Source: Candidatus Binataceae bacterium (GTDB lineage Bacteria; Desulfobacterota; Binatia; Binatales; Binataceae). From it: a stretch of DNA of 64,000 nucleotides. Below the pieces are notes generated by a model. That model was given only the letters and a program-made list of their open reading frames with translations, ran no database searches and was not told the origin of the DNA. This document shows positions 1 to 11,697 of the stretch, piece after piece (the first letter of the stretch is position 1; each line of letters starts with the position of its first letter). The stretch lies in contig DATGLK010000010.1 of assembly GCA_035294265.1 (NCBI GenBank), positions 126,858 through 190,857 of the forward strand, written 5' to 3'. The position numbers and the translations under genes are program-made.

Positions 1-32
1 TCAATCTTATCGGCAAATCCGCGGGAGGAATT

Positions 33-560
33 ATGGGTGATTTCCTGGCCGATGTCGAAGCTATCCGCCAGCATGCCCGCCAGAATATGGAGTCAGGCGC
101 CGTCACCGGCGGGTACGCGGCCGACCGCGAACGCGTGATCAAAGTGCTTAACGACGTGCTGGCGACCGAGCTCGTCTGCACCCTGCGCTACATGCGTCAT
201 TACTACATGGCGAGCGGAATCAACTCGGAATCCGTCAAGGCAGAATTTCTCCAGCACGCCAAAGAGGAAGAGGAGCATACCAATTGGGTGGCCGAGCGGA
301 TCGTGCAGTTGCGCGGTGCCCCCAACTACAATCCCGAAGGGCTGGCCACGCGCAGCCATGCCCAGTACGCCGAAGGCAACAGCCTGGTTGACATGATCCG
401 GGAGGATTTGGTCGCCGAACGCATCGCGATCGAAACCTATTCGGAGATAGTCCGCTGGCTGAGCACGGACGATCCCAGCACGCGCCGACTGATCGAGCGA
501 ATTTTGGAAGTGGAAAACAAGCATGCCGAGGACATGGTCACGCTCCTGGAGAAAGTCTGA
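33..560 (+). CDS. bfr: Bacterioferritin-family ferritin-like protein
   Basis: 175-aa ORF with GGGAGG Shine-Dalgarno upstream. Four-helix ferritin-like pattern aligns with E. coli Bfr in three blocks (VIKVLNDVLATELV / EEEEHTNWVAERI / LVAERIAIETY...ENKHAEDM). Family call is from memory, no search run. Confidence 0.7.
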   Translation: MGDFLADVEAIRQHARQNMESGAVTGGYAADRERVIKVLNDVLATELVCTLRYMRHYYMASGINSESVKAEFLQHAKEEEEHTNWVAERIVQLRGAPNYNPEGLATRSHAQYAEGNSLVDMIREDLVAERIAIETYSEIVRWLSTDDPSTRRLIERILEVENKHAEDMVTLLEKV

Positions 561-643
561 GCGGCGCCCGGCCAGGTTGGGGGCGCATCGCGTAGGTCTT
601 CGACACGGGCGAACCGCTAGAGTGTTATCCTCGAGGCGCGACA

Positions 644-1105
644 TCAGCGATAGTGCAAAGTAATTTTGCTCGAGGCCTCACCGCCGCGAAAGGTGATCGC
701 GGCGGTGGAAAACGCCGGCGGAGCGAAGCTGGAAGGGGCGTTATCCGAGAAGCCGTACCCCTCCAGCGGCATCCCCAAGAAGTTGTAGCTCATCCGCCGT
801 TCGTTGTGTTCGGCCTGAAAAGCGGCGATCGCATAGGTACCCGGCGGCAGTTTTTTGAACACGCAGGTCGCCTTTTTATCCGCGATCGAGGCGGTGGTGG
901 CGCGAAAGTAGTCGCCCTTGGGAAATTGGTCGGGATCGGAGTACAAAGCGCAGCGAACCACGCCCTTGTCGTTATGCAAGTTGGTAATCTCCACCGAAAG
1001 CGTGCCGGTGTCGTCCTTGCCTTGGGCGCAAGCGAATTTCGGCGCGATAATAACTATCGATACCAACAACAGCCCTAGCCAAGAAGCCTTTTTTCCCGCT
1101 GTCAT
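644..1105 (-). CDS. Secreted DUF2141-family protein
   Basis: 153-aa ORF with an N-terminal signal peptide (LGLLLVSIVIIAPKFACAQG) followed by a beta-rich domain resembling the DUF2141 family. Convergent with bfr. Confidence 0.5.
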   Translation of the reverse strand: MTAGKKASWLGLLLVSIVIIAPKFACAQGKDDTGTLSVEITNLHNDKGVVRCALYSDPDQFPKGDYFRATTASIADKKATCVFKKLPPGTYAIAAFQAEHNERRMSYNFLGMPLEGYGFSDNAPSSFAPPAFSTAAITFRGGEASSKITLHYR

Positions 1106-1248
1106 CGGCCTAAAATGCGTCCTGGTGGCCCGGGATGCAAGACGCTGGGCGGGTCCTTAGAAAGCAGATCGACATGAGATCCATCGCCCATTTACGCGCG
1201 GCGGGGCTTGCCGCCCGTACCGCCGAAAGCGATAATAAGCGCCTGCGT

Positions 1249-1326
1249 GGACGCATAGCTCAGCTCGGTTAGAGCGCTTGCCTCACATGCAAGAGGTCCC
1301 AGGTTCAAGTCCTGGTGCGTCCACCA
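1249..1326 (+). tRNA. tRNA-Val (anticodon CAC), CCA encoded
   Basis: Manual cloverleaf fold. Acceptor stem GGACGCA pairs with TGCGTCC. D-arm is GCTC-AGCTCGGTTA-GAGC. Anticodon stem CTTGC/GCAAG with loop CTCACAT gives anticodon CAC. T-arm is CCAGG-TTCAAGT-CCTGG (GTTCAAG motif). Discriminator A followed by CCA. Confidence 0.85.
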
Positions 1327-1385
1327 AGGAGTCCTCCCGGCCGCAGTTGCTTACCGCGCAGTGGGAGAATGCGGCAGGTTCGAGA

Positions 1386-2147
1386 GTGCTTCGCCAAACG
1401 CCAGAGCGCGCGATAATCCCTCCGCTGGACTGCCCCGATCAGAGTGCCCTCGCCGAATATTACCTCGCTTCGGTTGCCGATGCGCGTGTCAATATCGACA
1501 AGCACGTGGCCGGCTGCAGACGATGCCGCGCCCAGTTGGCGCTACTAAAAGCCGCGCACGCCCCAGCGCTGCCATCACTGCAGCGCAAGCGCGAGGGCCA
1601 CCTAGCCCGATGGTGGTTCAATCCGTGGACAGGGATGGCGGTGGCGAGTGCACTTGCCATCATCACGACGCTGGGGATGGGCCGCGAGCTGTTCGAGGCC
1701 AAGGGCCGGAGCGCGCTTCCCACTTCCACCTCCGCCACTGAGCGCCTCCAGCTCAAGCCTGACAGCGCGATCGCAACGCTCTCCGCCGAGCCGTGGGTAC
1801 GCGCCATCGCGACGACCCCCGACGGCAGGGTTCGATGGGAAGCGGGAATCGGCGGCCGGGTGGAGCGCCTCGCAGGTCCTGCGCGCGTCCAATGGATACC
1901 CAGCGGGATCGCCAGCGATCTGCTCGCGATCTCGGCTGCATCAGGTGCCGTATGCTGGATCGCTGGCCGCGACGGCGTGGTTATCCGCACCACCGACGGC
2001 GGCGCGCATTGGAAACAACTTGGGCCTCCCACCACCGCCGATCTGACCGCGATCGTTGCGCGAAATGACCGCGACGCCGCAGTCGTCACCGCGGAGGGCC
2101 GCCGTTACGCGACTGCGGACGGCGGCCTGAGTTGGCAGGTGCGCTAG
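1386..2147 (+). CDS. Membrane anti-sigma factor (zf-HC2 type) with periplasmic BNR/Ycf48-like repeat domain; start uncertain
   Basis: C-x(27)-H-x3-C-x2-C motif (CPDQ...HVAGCRRC), one transmembrane helix (MAVASALAIITTLGMG) and C-terminal BNR/Asp-box repeats (TTDGGAHW, ATADGGLSW). The longest ORF starts inside the tRNA. Candidate real starts are GTG at 1386 or TTG at 1347; neither has a good ribosome-binding site. Confidence 0.45.
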   Translation: MLRQTPERAIIPPLDCPDQSALAEYYLASVADARVNIDKHVAGCRRCRAQLALLKAAHAPALPSLQRKREGHLARWWFNPWTGMAVASALAIITTLGMGRELFEAKGRSALPTSTSATERLQLKPDSAIATLSAEPWVRAIATTPDGRVRWEAGIGGRVERLAGPARVQWIPSGIASDLLAISAASGAVCWIAGRDGVVIRTTDGGAHWKQLGPPTTADLTAIVARNDRDAAVVTAEGRRYATADGGLSWQVR

Positions 2148-2628
2148 CTGGCGTCGCGTTTCCTAAAAGGAGCGTGTCGCGCAAAAAACCGCTCCCGCTT
2201 GGTGCTTGCCTCCCATTTTTGCCGTGGATGTTACGTAAAGAGATCTCCGACAAGCATAACGGGTTAGCGCACTATCGGAAGCTCGAGCCAGGTCAAGGTC
2301 CGCTGATCTGCCAACATGGTCACCGAGGTGTAACGGCTAGGCGGAGGATCGGACGCGGCCGTGACTATACGCGCGGCGCAAAAGGAGTCTCCGAGACTTT
2401 GTAAGAAATTGCGGACACATCTAAGAATGTTTGTTGTTCCACCGCAGAATTGGTTGGGCGACAGCTTCGAGGCTGCCGCAGGTGCGTTTGCGGGTCATCA
2501 GGGCCAGGCCCCGCTTGGAAACCTTAAAGACGCGGCATTAACCCTCCATCAAAGGGCCGCGGCCGCAACCCGAATGTTCAACGACGATACTTGTGTTTGA
2601 ACCGGAGCGTTGAGATAACCGTTCTCCT

Positions 2629-3306
2629 ATGACTGCCGCAACCCCATCGGAGGCCGTTCAAGAACGCGCTCGGCTCAGTCGCGGTGCCAGCGAGGAGGCG
2701 ATCTATCGAATGGTCGCCGCCGTCCTCGCGCACCGAGCCGTTAGCGGCGGAGTGCTGATCGATGTTGGGTGTGGCGCAGGCTCCCTATGGAGCCATGTTG
2801 AGCAATCCTTCGATCGCTATATCGGTGTGGACGCCGTGCGCTACGACTCTTTCCCGCCCGCCGCCACCTTTTACCCGGCGAACCTTAACGCCGGCATGCC
2901 CGCGGTTCCGAACAACCTCGGCGACGTGGTCGTTGCGGTCGAGACTATCGAGCATTTGGAGAATCCACGGGCTCTGATGCGAGAATTGGTGCGCGTAGCG
3001 AAGCCCGGTGGATGGGTGATCGTCACGACGCCCAACCAGCTTAGCCTGAACAGCATCGGCTGCCTTTTGCTCAAACATCGCTTTGCCTATTTTCAGGACG
3101 TCCACTACCCGGCCCATCTGACTGCCCTGCTGGAAATCGATCTGATACGGATAGCGCGCGAGAGCGGCCTCGCTGATCCTCGAATCGACTATAGCGGCAG
3201 CGGTCGTATCCCCTTCACCCCGTGGCATTACCCGCCGTTTCTGAGCGCCGTCTTTGCTCGTTCCTTCTCCGATAATCTCGCCCTGGTCGGCCGCAAGCCG
3301 CTCTGA
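2629..3306 (+). CDS. Class I SAM-dependent methyltransferase
   Basis: Motif I LIDVGCGAGS. Motif post-II/III region AKPGGWVIVTTPN. Confidence 0.7.
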   Translation: MTAATPSEAVQERARLSRGASEEAIYRMVAAVLAHRAVSGGVLIDVGCGAGSLWSHVEQSFDRYIGVDAVRYDSFPPAATFYPANLNAGMPAVPNNLGDVVVAVETIEHLENPRALMRELVRVAKPGGWVIVTTPNQLSLNSIGCLLLKHRFAYFQDVHYPAHLTALLEIDLIRIARESGLADPRIDYSGSGRIPFTPWHYPPFLSAVFARSFSDNLALVGRKPL

Positions 3307-3763
3307 CGTTCGCGCAACCGATCTTAGGCGTGTTTAAGCGCTGACAGCGGTTGTTCGAACCTCATGCTCTACCCCGGGCATGCAAAACAGCGGCAGCCAC
3401 CAAAGCGATCGCGCTGGTGCAGAACTTCCACACCGCGGCATCGAGGACCTGGCCCTGGCCCACAACGTCTTAGGGCTTGTGGCGCCCCACGAATCAGCTG
3501 CGATCCGGCCTACGCGCCGCGGTGGAGAGGGAGCAGCATAACGTCAGACTTATGCACGAACGCTGAGAGCGCCGACCCGATCCCGAAGCTCTCCCGAGAA
3601 GCAACAATTCCGGCGAGCTACTGAGGGACAATTCGGCCACCTTCGAGCAGGCACTGGTACGTTCCCGCTTGGCGCAGGTGTGGTGGCAATATCGGTACGC
3701 GCGGGACCGCGGCTCGAGCATTTCCAGTAAAAGCACAGTGCGAATATGGTCGCGAGAAAGTGC

Positions 3764-6700
3764 TCAGGCGTGGGTTTCGAGCACTTCGCGTGGCGCGTGA
3801 TGGCGAAATACGCGCTTGCGCTGGCTGAGTCCCCATAGCCGCGCCTTATCCAGATACAGATAAATGACCGGAGTAGTGTAAAGCGTGAGGGCTTGGCTGA
3901 ACAATAGCCCGCCAACGATCGAGATCCCAAGCGGCCGGCGCAGTTCGGATCCGGTGCCATGTCCCAGCGCCAGCGGCAGGCCGCCGAACAACGCCGCCAG
4001 CGTGGTCATCATGATGGGCCGAAAACGAAGCAGACAAGCTTGGTAAATCGCCGCCTTGGCATCCTTGCCCTCGCTACGTTCGGCCTCCAGGGCGAAGTCG
4101 ATCATGATGATCGCGTTCTTCTTGACGATTCCGATCAGCAGGATGATTCCGATCAACGCGACCACGTTGAGATCATTATGAAACAGCAACAGGGCCAGCA
4201 GCGCGCCCACGCCGGCCGAGGGTAGCGTGGAAAGAATCGTAATGGGGTGTACGTAGCTTTCGTACAGGATGCCCAGGGCGATGTATACGCTGATCAGCGC
4301 GGCCAAGATCAGCATCGGCTCGTTACTGAGCGAGGATTGAAAGGCCTGGGCGGTGCCTTGAAAACTGGCAATGACATCTCCGGGCAGATTCAGCCCTTGA
4401 GCAGCCTTATTGATCGCATCGACGGCTTGGCCCAGGGATACCCCTGGGCGCAGGTTGAACGAGATTGTGACCGCGGGAAACTGTCCCTGGTGATTGACCG
4501 CGAGCAAGGTGGAGGTGGGTACATAATGGGTGAAGGCGCTTAACGGAACCTCACCCGCGGTCGCGCTGCGCACGTAAATCTGATTGAGCGAGTCGGGGCG
4601 TTGCCAGAAGCGCGGCGCGACCTCCATGATCACGTAGTACTGGTTGAGCGCGGTATACATGGTCGAAACCGGGCGCTGACCGAAAGCATCGTAAAGCGCG
4701 TCGTCGATCTGCTGCTGGGTGATTCCCAGCCGGCCGGCGGTGCGCTTGTCCACCACCAACGTGGCGTCCAGGCCGCGGGACTGCTGGTCGCTGTTGACGT
4801 CCATCAGTTGGGGCAGGCGACGCAAGCGCGCCAGCAGCTTGGGCGCGAAAGCGTTGAGTTCGTCCAAGTCGTCACCCTGTATCGTGTATTGATACAAGGC
4901 GTTGCTGAGCCGGCCGCCTACGGTGAGATCCTGGGCCGGCCGCATATAGAAGGCACCGCCGGCGAAATGCGTCAGCTTGCGGCGAATGCGGCCCATGATC
5001 TGCTCCAAGGTAGCATGATCGCGTCTGCGCTCGATGGGCTTGAGGGTAATAAACATGCGTGCCACGTTGGTAGATCCGGCCGAGGCACCAGCCCAACCGT
5101 TGACATGCTCGACCGCGGGATCGGTTTTAATTACGTTGATCACCTTGGTCATGGTTTTGCTCAAGGCCTGGAAGGAGGTGTCCTGATCGGCCTGCAGGAC
5201 GCCGATGATGCGGCCTGTATCCTGAAGTGGGAAAAAGCCCTTGGGGATGATGTAAAACAGGTAAATGTTGAAGGCCAGGGTAGCGATGGCTACCACCAGA
5301 ATTTGACGCGGGTGGCCCAATACCCAACTCAGGCTGCGGTCGTAACCGCGCAGCACGGCCTTGAAGCCGCGCTCGCTGAGTTGATAAAGCCGGCCGTGAC
5401 GCTGCTGGCCAGGGGCGCGCAGGAGATGCGCGCACATCATGGGCGTGGCCGTCAGCGAGATAACCATCGAAAGCAAGATCGCAACTGACAGGGTAACCGC
5501 GAACTCCCGAAAGAGCCGGCCGACAATCCCGCCCATCAGGAGGATGGGGATGAAGACCGCGCACAGCGAGATGCTGATCGAGAAAACGGTAAAGCCGATA
5601 TTGCGCGCTCCCAGTAACGCCGCCTGCATAGGCCGGTACCCGTCTTCGAGGTAACGATTGATGTTCTCGACCACCACGATCGCATCATCGACCACAAAGC
5701 CGGTGGCGATGGTCAGTGCCATCAGTGACAGGTTGTCCAAGCTGTAACCCAGCAGGTACATCACGGCAAAGGTGGCGGTTAGCGAAACGGGGACCACGAT
5801 CCCAGGAATCACGGTGGCGCGCAGGCTGCGCAGAAACAGGAATACCACCAACACCACCAACATCACCGCGATGATCAGAGTGCGCTCGGTATCGCGTACC
5901 GACGCCCGGATGGTAGTGGTGCGATCGAGCACGATGGTAGTCTTGATCGCGGGTGGGATGACGGCGTCCAGCTGCGGCAGAGCGGCGCGGATCCGATCGA
6001 CGGTTTCGATGATGTTGGCTTGAGGCTGGCGGAAAATGATGATCAAGATGCCGGGTTTGCCGTCGACGATCCCCGCGTTGCGAACGTCCTGAACCGAATC
6101 GACCACCTGGGCTACGTCTGACACTCGCACCGCCGCACCGTTGTGATAAGCGATAATCAACGGTTTGTAGAGGCTGGCACGCATGAGCTGGTCATTGGCC
6201 CCCAACTCGATCGATTCCTGGTTATTGGCTAACTCGCCCTTGGGAATGTTGGCGTTGGCCGCCGCCAAAGCCGCACGGACCTGATCTAGCCCGATGCCAT
6301 AATTAGTTAGCTGGGTCGGATTGAGCTCCACCCGCACCGCCGGCAAGGCACCACCGCCCACGATGACCTGACCCACGCCCTGAATCTGCGACAGCTTCTG
6401 GGCCATGATCGAAGAGGCCAGATCGTAGATCTGGCCGCGCGTAATAGTATCGGAGGTCAACCCCAGCATCATGATCGGCGAATCCGAGGGGTTGACCTTC
6501 CGATAGGTCGGGTTTTGCGGCAGCGTGGTGGGTAACTGGCTACGCGCGGCGTTGATCGCCGCCTCGACCTCGCGCGCGGCCGCGTCGATGTCGCGGCTGA
6601 GATCAAACTGCAACACGATGGTGGTGAAGCCCAGAGTGCTGCTGGAAGTAAGCTCGGTGAGGCCGGCGATGCGGCCGAATTGGCGCTCGAGCGGAGTTGC

Positions 6701-6889
6701 CACCGAGGAGGCCATGGTCTGCGGGCTGGCACCCGGAAGTTGGGCTTGGACCTGGATGGTGGGAAAATCGACTTGGGGAATGGGCGAGACCGGCAGATGG
6801 CGAAAAGCCAACATCCCCACCAGCATCAGGGCAATCACCAGCAGGGTGGTCGCCACCGGCTTGCGAATAAAGGGATCAGAAATTCCCAT
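3764..6889 (-). CDS. mdtC: RND multidrug efflux permease, MdtC-like
   Basis: 1041-aa protein with 12 TM helices and two large periplasmic loops. N-terminus ([64 protein letters not shown]) closely matches the MdtC/AcrB family. Overlaps the mdtB stop by 14 nt. Confidence 0.85.
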   Translation of the reverse strand: MGISDPFIRKPVATTLLVIALMLVGMLAFRHLPVSPIPQVDFPTIQVQAQLPGASPQTMASSVATPLERQFGRIAGLTELTSSSTLGFTTIVLQFDLSRDIDAAAREVEAAINAARSQLPTTLPQNPTYRKVNPSDSPIMMLGLTSDTITRGQIYDLASSIMAQKLSQIQGVGQVIVGGGALPAVRVELNPTQLTNYGIGLDQVRAALAAANANIPKGELANNQESIELGANDQLMRASLYKPLIIAYHNGAAVRVSDVAQVVDSVQDVRNAGIVDGKPGILIIIFRQPQANIIETVDRIRAALPQLDAVIPPAIKTTIVLDRTTTIRASVRDTERTLIIAVMLVVLVVFLFLRSLRATVIPGIVVPVSLTATFAVMYLLGYSLDNLSLMALTIATGFVVDDAIVVVENINRYLEDGYRPMQAALLGARNIGFTVFSISISLCAVFIPILLMGGIVGRLFREFAVTLSVAILLSMVISLTATPMMCAHLLRAPGQQRHGRLYQLSERGFKAVLRGYDRSLSWVLGHPRQILVVAIATLAFNIYLFYIIPKGFFPLQDTGRIIGVLQADQDTSFQALSKTMTKVINVIKTDPAVEHVNGWAGASAGSTNVARMFITLKPIERRRDHATLEQIMGRIRRKLTHFAGGAFYMRPAQDLTVGGRLSNALYQYTIQGDDLDELNAFAPKLLARLRRLPQLMDVNSDQQSRGLDATLVVDKRTAGRLGITQQQIDDALYDAFGQRPVSTMYTALNQYYVIMEVAPRFWQRPDSLNQIYVRSATAGEVPLSAFTHYVPTSTLLAVNHQGQFPAVTISFNLRPGVSLGQAVDAINKAAQGLNLPGDVIASFQGTAQAFQSSLSNEPMLILAALISVYIALGILYESYVHPITILSTLPSAGVGALLALLLFHNDLNVVALIGIILLIGIVKKNAIIMIDFALEAERSEGKDAKAAIYQACLLRFRPIMMTTLAALFGGLPLALGHGTGSELRRPLGISIVGGLLFSQALTLYTTPVIYLYLDKARLWGLSQRKRVFRHHAPREVLETHA

Positions 6890-9800
6890 GCGCCCGCACC
6901 GGGACCAATTCCGGGCGCGCCACCGCGGTACGCGAGCCCGTCAGGCGGCTGGCCAGGCGATCGAAGAACAGGAAAATGACCGGAGTGGTGTACAGCGTAA
7001 GCAACTGGCTGAACATCAGGCCGCCGACGATCACGATGCCCAGGGGGCGGCGCAACTCGGCACCGGTCCCCGAGCCCAGCGCTAGCGGCAACCCGCCCAG
7101 CATCGCCGCCATCGTGGTCATCAGGATCGGCCGAAAGCGCAAAAGGCAGGCCTGAAAAATTGCCTCTCGCGCCTCCTTGCCCTCGCTACGCTGAGCGTCG
7201 AGAGCAAAGTCTATCATCATGATGGCGTTCTTCTCGACTATACCGATGAGCAGGATGACGCCGATAAGCGCGATGATGCTGAAGTGCAGGCCGCATATGA
7301 GCAAGGCCAAGATCGCGCCCACTCCCGCCGACGGCAGCGTGGAGAGGATCGTGATCGGATGGATGTAGCTCTCGTAGAGCACACCCAGAACGATGTAAGT
7401 GGTGATCAAAGCGGCCAGGATCAGCAGTACCTCGTTGGCCAGTGCGGCTTGAAAGGCTTGCGCTGTGCCCTGGAACTGGGCCTCGATACTGGCGGGCATG
7501 CCCAGTTCTTGCTCAGCCTGCTTGATCGCGGTCACCGCGTCACCCAGAGCGTAGCCCGGCGCGGTGTCGAAGGAAATGGTGACCGCAGGAAATTGACCTT
7601 GATGATTGATCACCAAGGGAGCGTTGCTCCGTTCGATGTGGGAGATGGCGCTAAGTGGAACCTCGGTGCCACTGCTGGAGGTCAGATAGATATCACTGAG
7701 GTCCTTGGGAGTGACCTGAAAGCGCGGATCAACCTCCAGCACCGTGTGATACTGGTTGAGCTGAGTAAAAATCGTGGTAACTTCACGCTGGCCGAAGGCA
7801 TCGTACAGAGTATTGTCGATTTCCTGCGGCGTGATTCCCATCCGCGCGGCGGTAGCGCGATCGATGATCAACTCGGCTTTCAACCCGTGATCTTCCTGGT
7901 CACTGGCAACATCACGCAATTGCGGTAGGGTGCGTAGTTTGGCCACCAGCCGCGGCGCCCAACTCTCCAGTTCCTTGGCCTTAGGATCCTCCAGGCTGTA
8001 GTTGTATTCGGTGCGACTGGTCCGATCCTCCACCGTCAGATCCTGGACCGGCTGCATGTACAGAGTGATGCCCTCGATCGCGGCTAGGCGAGGCTGGAGT
8101 CGATCGATCACTTGGCGCACTCCCACCTTGCGCACGTCCAGCGGCTTGAGATTAATCAGGAAGCGGCCGCTGTTGACGGTGGTATTGGTGCCATCGATCC
8201 CGACGAACGAGGTCAGGCTCTCGACCGCCGGATCCTGTAGTATCACCCGCGCTAACTCCTGCTGGCGCTCCACCATGGCGGGAAACGAGATGGTCTCGGG
8301 CGCCTCGGAAATCCCCTGAATTACGCCGGTGTCCTGAACCGGGAAAAAGCCCTTGGGCACGATCATGAATAGCGCGATGGTCAGGGCCAGGGTGGCCAGC
8401 GCCACCAGCAGGGTCGCGGTCTGATGTCCCAGCACCCATTCCAGGCTGCGCCCGTAGGCGGCGATGGTGGCCTTGAACCAGCGCTCGGAAGCGCGGAAGA
8501 GCCGGCCCTGCCGCTCGGGCGGAGTGTGGTGAAGCAATTTGGCGCACATGGTCGGAGTTAGGGTCAGCGAAACCACGGCTGAGACCAGGATGGTGACGCT
8601 CAGGGTAATGGCAAACTCGCGGAACAGGCGACCCACGATATCGCCCATGAACAACAGCGGAATCAGCACCGCGATCAGCGAGACGGTCAAGGACAGAATA
8701 GTAAAGCCGATCTGCTCCGAGCCCTTGAGCGCAGCCTCCAGCGGTCGCATCCCATCCTCGATATAGCGCGCGATGTTTTCGATCATCACAATCGCGTCGT
8801 CGACCACGAATCCGGTGGAAATGGTCAGCGCCATCAAGGTCAAGTTGTTGAGCGAAAAGCCGAACAAATACATCGCGCCGAAGGTACCCACCAGTGACAG
8901 TGGCACCGCTACGCTGGGTATCACGGTGGCCGACAGGGTGCGCAAAAACAGGAAGATAACCATCACGACCAGGGCCACGCACATCATCAATTCGAATTCA
9001 ACATCGCGTACCGAGGCCCGGATCGTGGTGGTGCGGTCGGTCAGCACTGCTACCTTGACCGAAGAGGGCAGCGAAGCTTGCAATTGTGGCAGTAGTTTCT
9101 TGATGCGGTCGGCGACCGCGATGATATTGGCGCCGGGCTGGCGCTTGATGTTTAGAATGATCGCCGGGGTAGTGTTCACCCAGGCCGCCTGCTTGATGTT
9201 TTCGGCGCTATCGACCACCCGCGCCACGTCGGAGAGTTGCACCGGGTTGCCGTTGCGGTAAGCCACGATCAGATGGGCGTAGTCGCGGCTGGTCAGGAGC
9301 TGATCGTTGGCGTCGATAGTATAGCCCTGAGCCGGGCCGTCAAAGGCACCCTTGGCCTCGTTGACGTTGCCCGCCACAATCGCGTTGCGCAAATCCTCCA
9401 GACTCAGGCCGTAGGCCGCCAACTGGGTCGGATTGGCCTGGATCCGCACCGCCGGCTTCTGCCCGCCGCTGACGCTGACCATCCCCACCCCGGGAAGCTG
9501 GGCTATTTTCTGGGCGAAGCGCGTGTCGGCCAAATCCTCCACCTTGGCCAGCGGCAGGTGTTGCGAGGTCAGGGCCAGGGCGAGGATTGGCGCGTCGGCG
9601 GGGTTGACTTTGCTGTAAACTGGCGGGGTCGGCAGATCGGGCGGCAAGTAGGTCGCGGCCGCGTTGATGGCGGCCTGGACCTCCTGCTCGGCCACGTCAA
9701 TGTTGAGATCGAGCGCGAATTGCAGGGTGATGACGGAGCTGCCAAAGGAGCTGTTGGAGGTCATCTGGTTGAGGCCCGGGACCTGCCCGAACTGCCGCTC

Positions 9801-10001
9801 CAGCGGCGCCGTGACGTAAGAGGCCATCACGTCAGGGCTAGCTCCGGGGTAGAAGGTCATCACCTGGATGGTGGGATAATCCACCTCAGGTAGGGCCGAG
9901 ACCGGCAGCTCGCGGTAAGCAAATAGGCCCGCAATCAGCAGACCCACCATCAGCAGTGAAGTCGCTACCGGGCGCAGAATAAAGGGGCGCGACGGACTCA
10001 T
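6876..10001 (-). CDS. mdtB: RND multidrug efflux permease, MdtB-like
   Basis: 1041-aa protein. N-terminus ([67 protein letters not shown]) is near-canonical MdtB. The stop abuts the mdtA start. Confidence 0.85.
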   Translation of the reverse strand: MSPSRPFILRPVATSLLMVGLLIAGLFAYRELPVSALPEVDYPTIQVMTFYPGASPDVMASYVTAPLERQFGQVPGLNQMTSNSSFGSSVITLQFALDLNIDVAEQEVQAAINAAATYLPPDLPTPPVYSKVNPADAPILALALTSQHLPLAKVEDLADTRFAQKIAQLPGVGMVSVSGGQKPAVRIQANPTQLAAYGLSLEDLRNAIVAGNVNEAKGAFDGPAQGYTIDANDQLLTSRDYAHLIVAYRNGNPVQLSDVARVVDSAENIKQAAWVNTTPAIILNIKRQPGANIIAVADRIKKLLPQLQASLPSSVKVAVLTDRTTTIRASVRDVEFELMMCVALVVMVIFLFLRTLSATVIPSVAVPLSLVGTFGAMYLFGFSLNNLTLMALTISTGFVVDDAIVMIENIARYIEDGMRPLEAALKGSEQIGFTILSLTVSLIAVLIPLLFMGDIVGRLFREFAITLSVTILVSAVVSLTLTPTMCAKLLHHTPPERQGRLFRASERWFKATIAAYGRSLEWVLGHQTATLLVALATLALTIALFMIVPKGFFPVQDTGVIQGISEAPETISFPAMVERQQELARVILQDPAVESLTSFVGIDGTNTTVNSGRFLINLKPLDVRKVGVRQVIDRLQPRLAAIEGITLYMQPVQDLTVEDRTSRTEYNYSLEDPKAKELESWAPRLVAKLRTLPQLRDVASDQEDHGLKAELIIDRATAARMGITPQEIDNTLYDAFGQREVTTIFTQLNQYHTVLEVDPRFQVTPKDLSDIYLTSSSGTEVPLSAISHIERSNAPLVINHQGQFPAVTISFDTAPGYALGDAVTAIKQAEQELGMPASIEAQFQGTAQAFQAALANEVLLILAALITTYIVLGVLYESYIHPITILSTLPSAGVGAILALLICGLHFSIIALIGVILLIGIVEKNAIMMIDFALDAQRSEGKEAREAIFQACLLRFRPILMTTMAAMLGGLPLALGSGTGAELRRPLGIVIVGGLMFSQLLTLYTTPVIFLFFDRLASRLTGSRTAVARPELVPVRAHGNF

Positions 10002-10007
10002 CGTGCC

Positions 10008-11399
10008 TCATGCACCGTGATGATGGCCACCCCCACGACGGTGCGAACCACCCTGCCAATTGCCTGCCGCGGGCGCGTTCCCACCGAGGGCGCCCCCCGG
10101 CGTTTGCGCGGCGAAGTTGGGGCTGCTCGCTGGGCTCGTGACTTTCGCCATCTGCACGTTGACTTTGGCCCCGGGATAGAGCCGGTCGAGATTTCCGGTA
10201 ACCACTAGCGAAGCGGCGGGCGGACCACTGCTGGCAGCGGTAAAGTCGCCCTGAGTTCCCAACACCTTGATGGTGACAACCTGGGCGGTTTTTTGCGGCG
10301 TCACTACATAAACGAAAGCGCCCTGAGAACCATGCTGCACCGCCGCCGAGGGTATCAGCAGGACATCCTGATGAGTGGCGACCAGGAGACGGACGTTAAC
10401 GAACTGATCGGGAAACAATTCATTGTGAGTATTGGCGAAGCGCGCCTTGAGCCGAATCGTGCCGGTCGTCTGATCGATCTGGTTATCCAAGGTGAGCAAT
10501 TCGCCGTCGGCCAACTTGGTCGTGAAGTCGCGATCCCAGGCCTCCACCGGCAGCGTCTCGCCCTGGCGCAGATCGCTCAGGACTTTGGGCAGGTCATCTT
10601 CGGGAATATTGAAGAGCACCGCAATCGGCTGCAATTGAGTAATGACCGCCAGGCCCTGAGTATCAGTGGCATGAATGATGTTGCCAGGGTCGATCAGGCG
10701 CAAGCCGATGCGCCCGGTCAGCGGCGCGGTAATTCGGCTGTACAGCAGATTGACCTGCGCGTTGTCCAGCATCGCCTGGTCGGCCAGCACCGTGCCCTGA
10801 TCGGCATCGGCGGTAGCCTGCTGCACATCGAGTTGCTGTTTGGGGATAACGTGACCGGCGTATAGAGCCCGGTCACGCTGCAAATCCAGTTTGGCTTCCG
10901 CCGCCGTGGCCCGGTCGCGCAGCAACTGCCCCTTGGCTTGGTCCACGGCTGCCTGGTACGGACGGGGATCGATTATCGCCAAGAGTTGCCCCGCCTTGAC
11001 CATCTGTCCTTCACGGAACGCCACTCTCATCAATTGGCCGTCCACCCGGCTCTTGACAACCACGGTTTTGAACGGCGTCACAGTACCGATTGCGCTGAGA
11101 TACTGACTGAAGGCTCCCTGCTCAATCGGGCTGGCCTCGACCGCCACCGGCGGTCGACGGCGAGTGGCGCTAGCCGCTGCCGCCGCATGTTCGGCCTGCG
11201 AACTGGGATAGAGTCGGTAGCCCACCAGCGCCGCCACCAACAGTATCGCCAGCAGCCAGAACCAACGCCAACCACTCTTGGGGGGTTGGGGTGCCGGCTG
11301 CGGCCCGGCGTATCGATTGTGATGGGGCTCCCTGGCCTCGACATTCACGTCCATTACTTGTTTACGCTCCGCTGCGCGAAACCGTTCCCAAATTGGCAA
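10008..11399 (-). CDS. mdtA: RND membrane-fusion (periplasmic adaptor) protein, MdtA-like, with Gly/His-rich C-terminal tail
   Basis: Alignable with E. coli MdtA (SRVDGQL..VKAGQLLA.IDPRPYQ..., ITAPLTGRIGL, AWDR...KLADGELLTLDNQIDQTTGTIRLKARF). One N-terminal TM segment. The start may be the internal Met (MDVNV). Confidence 0.8.
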   Translation of the reverse strand: MPIWERFRAAERKQVMDVNVEAREPHHNRYAGPQPAPQPPKSGWRWFWLLAILLVAALVGYRLYPSSQAEHAAAAASATRRRPPVAVEASPIEQGAFSQYLSAIGTVTPFKTVVVKSRVDGQLMRVAFREGQMVKAGQLLAIIDPRPYQAAVDQAKGQLLRDRATAAEAKLDLQRDRALYAGHVIPKQQLDVQQATADADQGTVLADQAMLDNAQVNLLYSRITAPLTGRIGLRLIDPGNIIHATDTQGLAVITQLQPIAVLFNIPEDDLPKVLSDLRQGETLPVEAWDRDFTTKLADGELLTLDNQIDQTTGTIRLKARFANTHNELFPDQFVNVRLLVATHQDVLLIPSAAVQHGSQGAFVYVVTPQKTAQVVTIKVLGTQGDFTAASSGPPAASLVVTGNLDRLYPGAKVNVQMAKVTSPASSPNFAAQTPGGALGGNAPAAGNWQGGSHRRGGGHHHGA

Positions 11400-11697
11400 T
11401 CAACCCCGAGCCGCGCGACAGTTCAACGCGGATCCCGTGGTCTTGCCCAGCTGTCCGGTTCAGGACCACGCTCGCTGGGTCGCACTATTGCGCGGCCTGA
11501 GCGGAATCACAAGCGAGCACCAGCCCGTTTGGCAAACCTCACACTCGCACGACGCCATCGCCGGGCACCGTTTTCTATGCCTGCTCTGGGTCGCCATGAA
11601 TCAGGACGGATCGGTCAACAGTTTGGTTGACACTGGCCAAGGCGAGATTGGATCACCTCAAAGCTAAGAGCTATGCGCTCCAAAAATGCCGGCAAAA

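Noticed and set aside
1249-3306. Integrated element at tRNA-Val
   Set aside because: No integrase, no duplicated tRNA 3' fragment and no compositional shift of the downstream genes could be seen. The observation is retained only as the orphan anti-sigma note.
3764-10001. Numerous 60-300-aa ORFs on the strand opposite the RND permease genes (e.g. 4601-5488, 7284-7928, 9237-9893)
   Set aside because: Typical long antisense open frames in 65% GC DNA. Low-complexity Arg/Gly/Ala-rich translations. They overlap well-supported genes completely.
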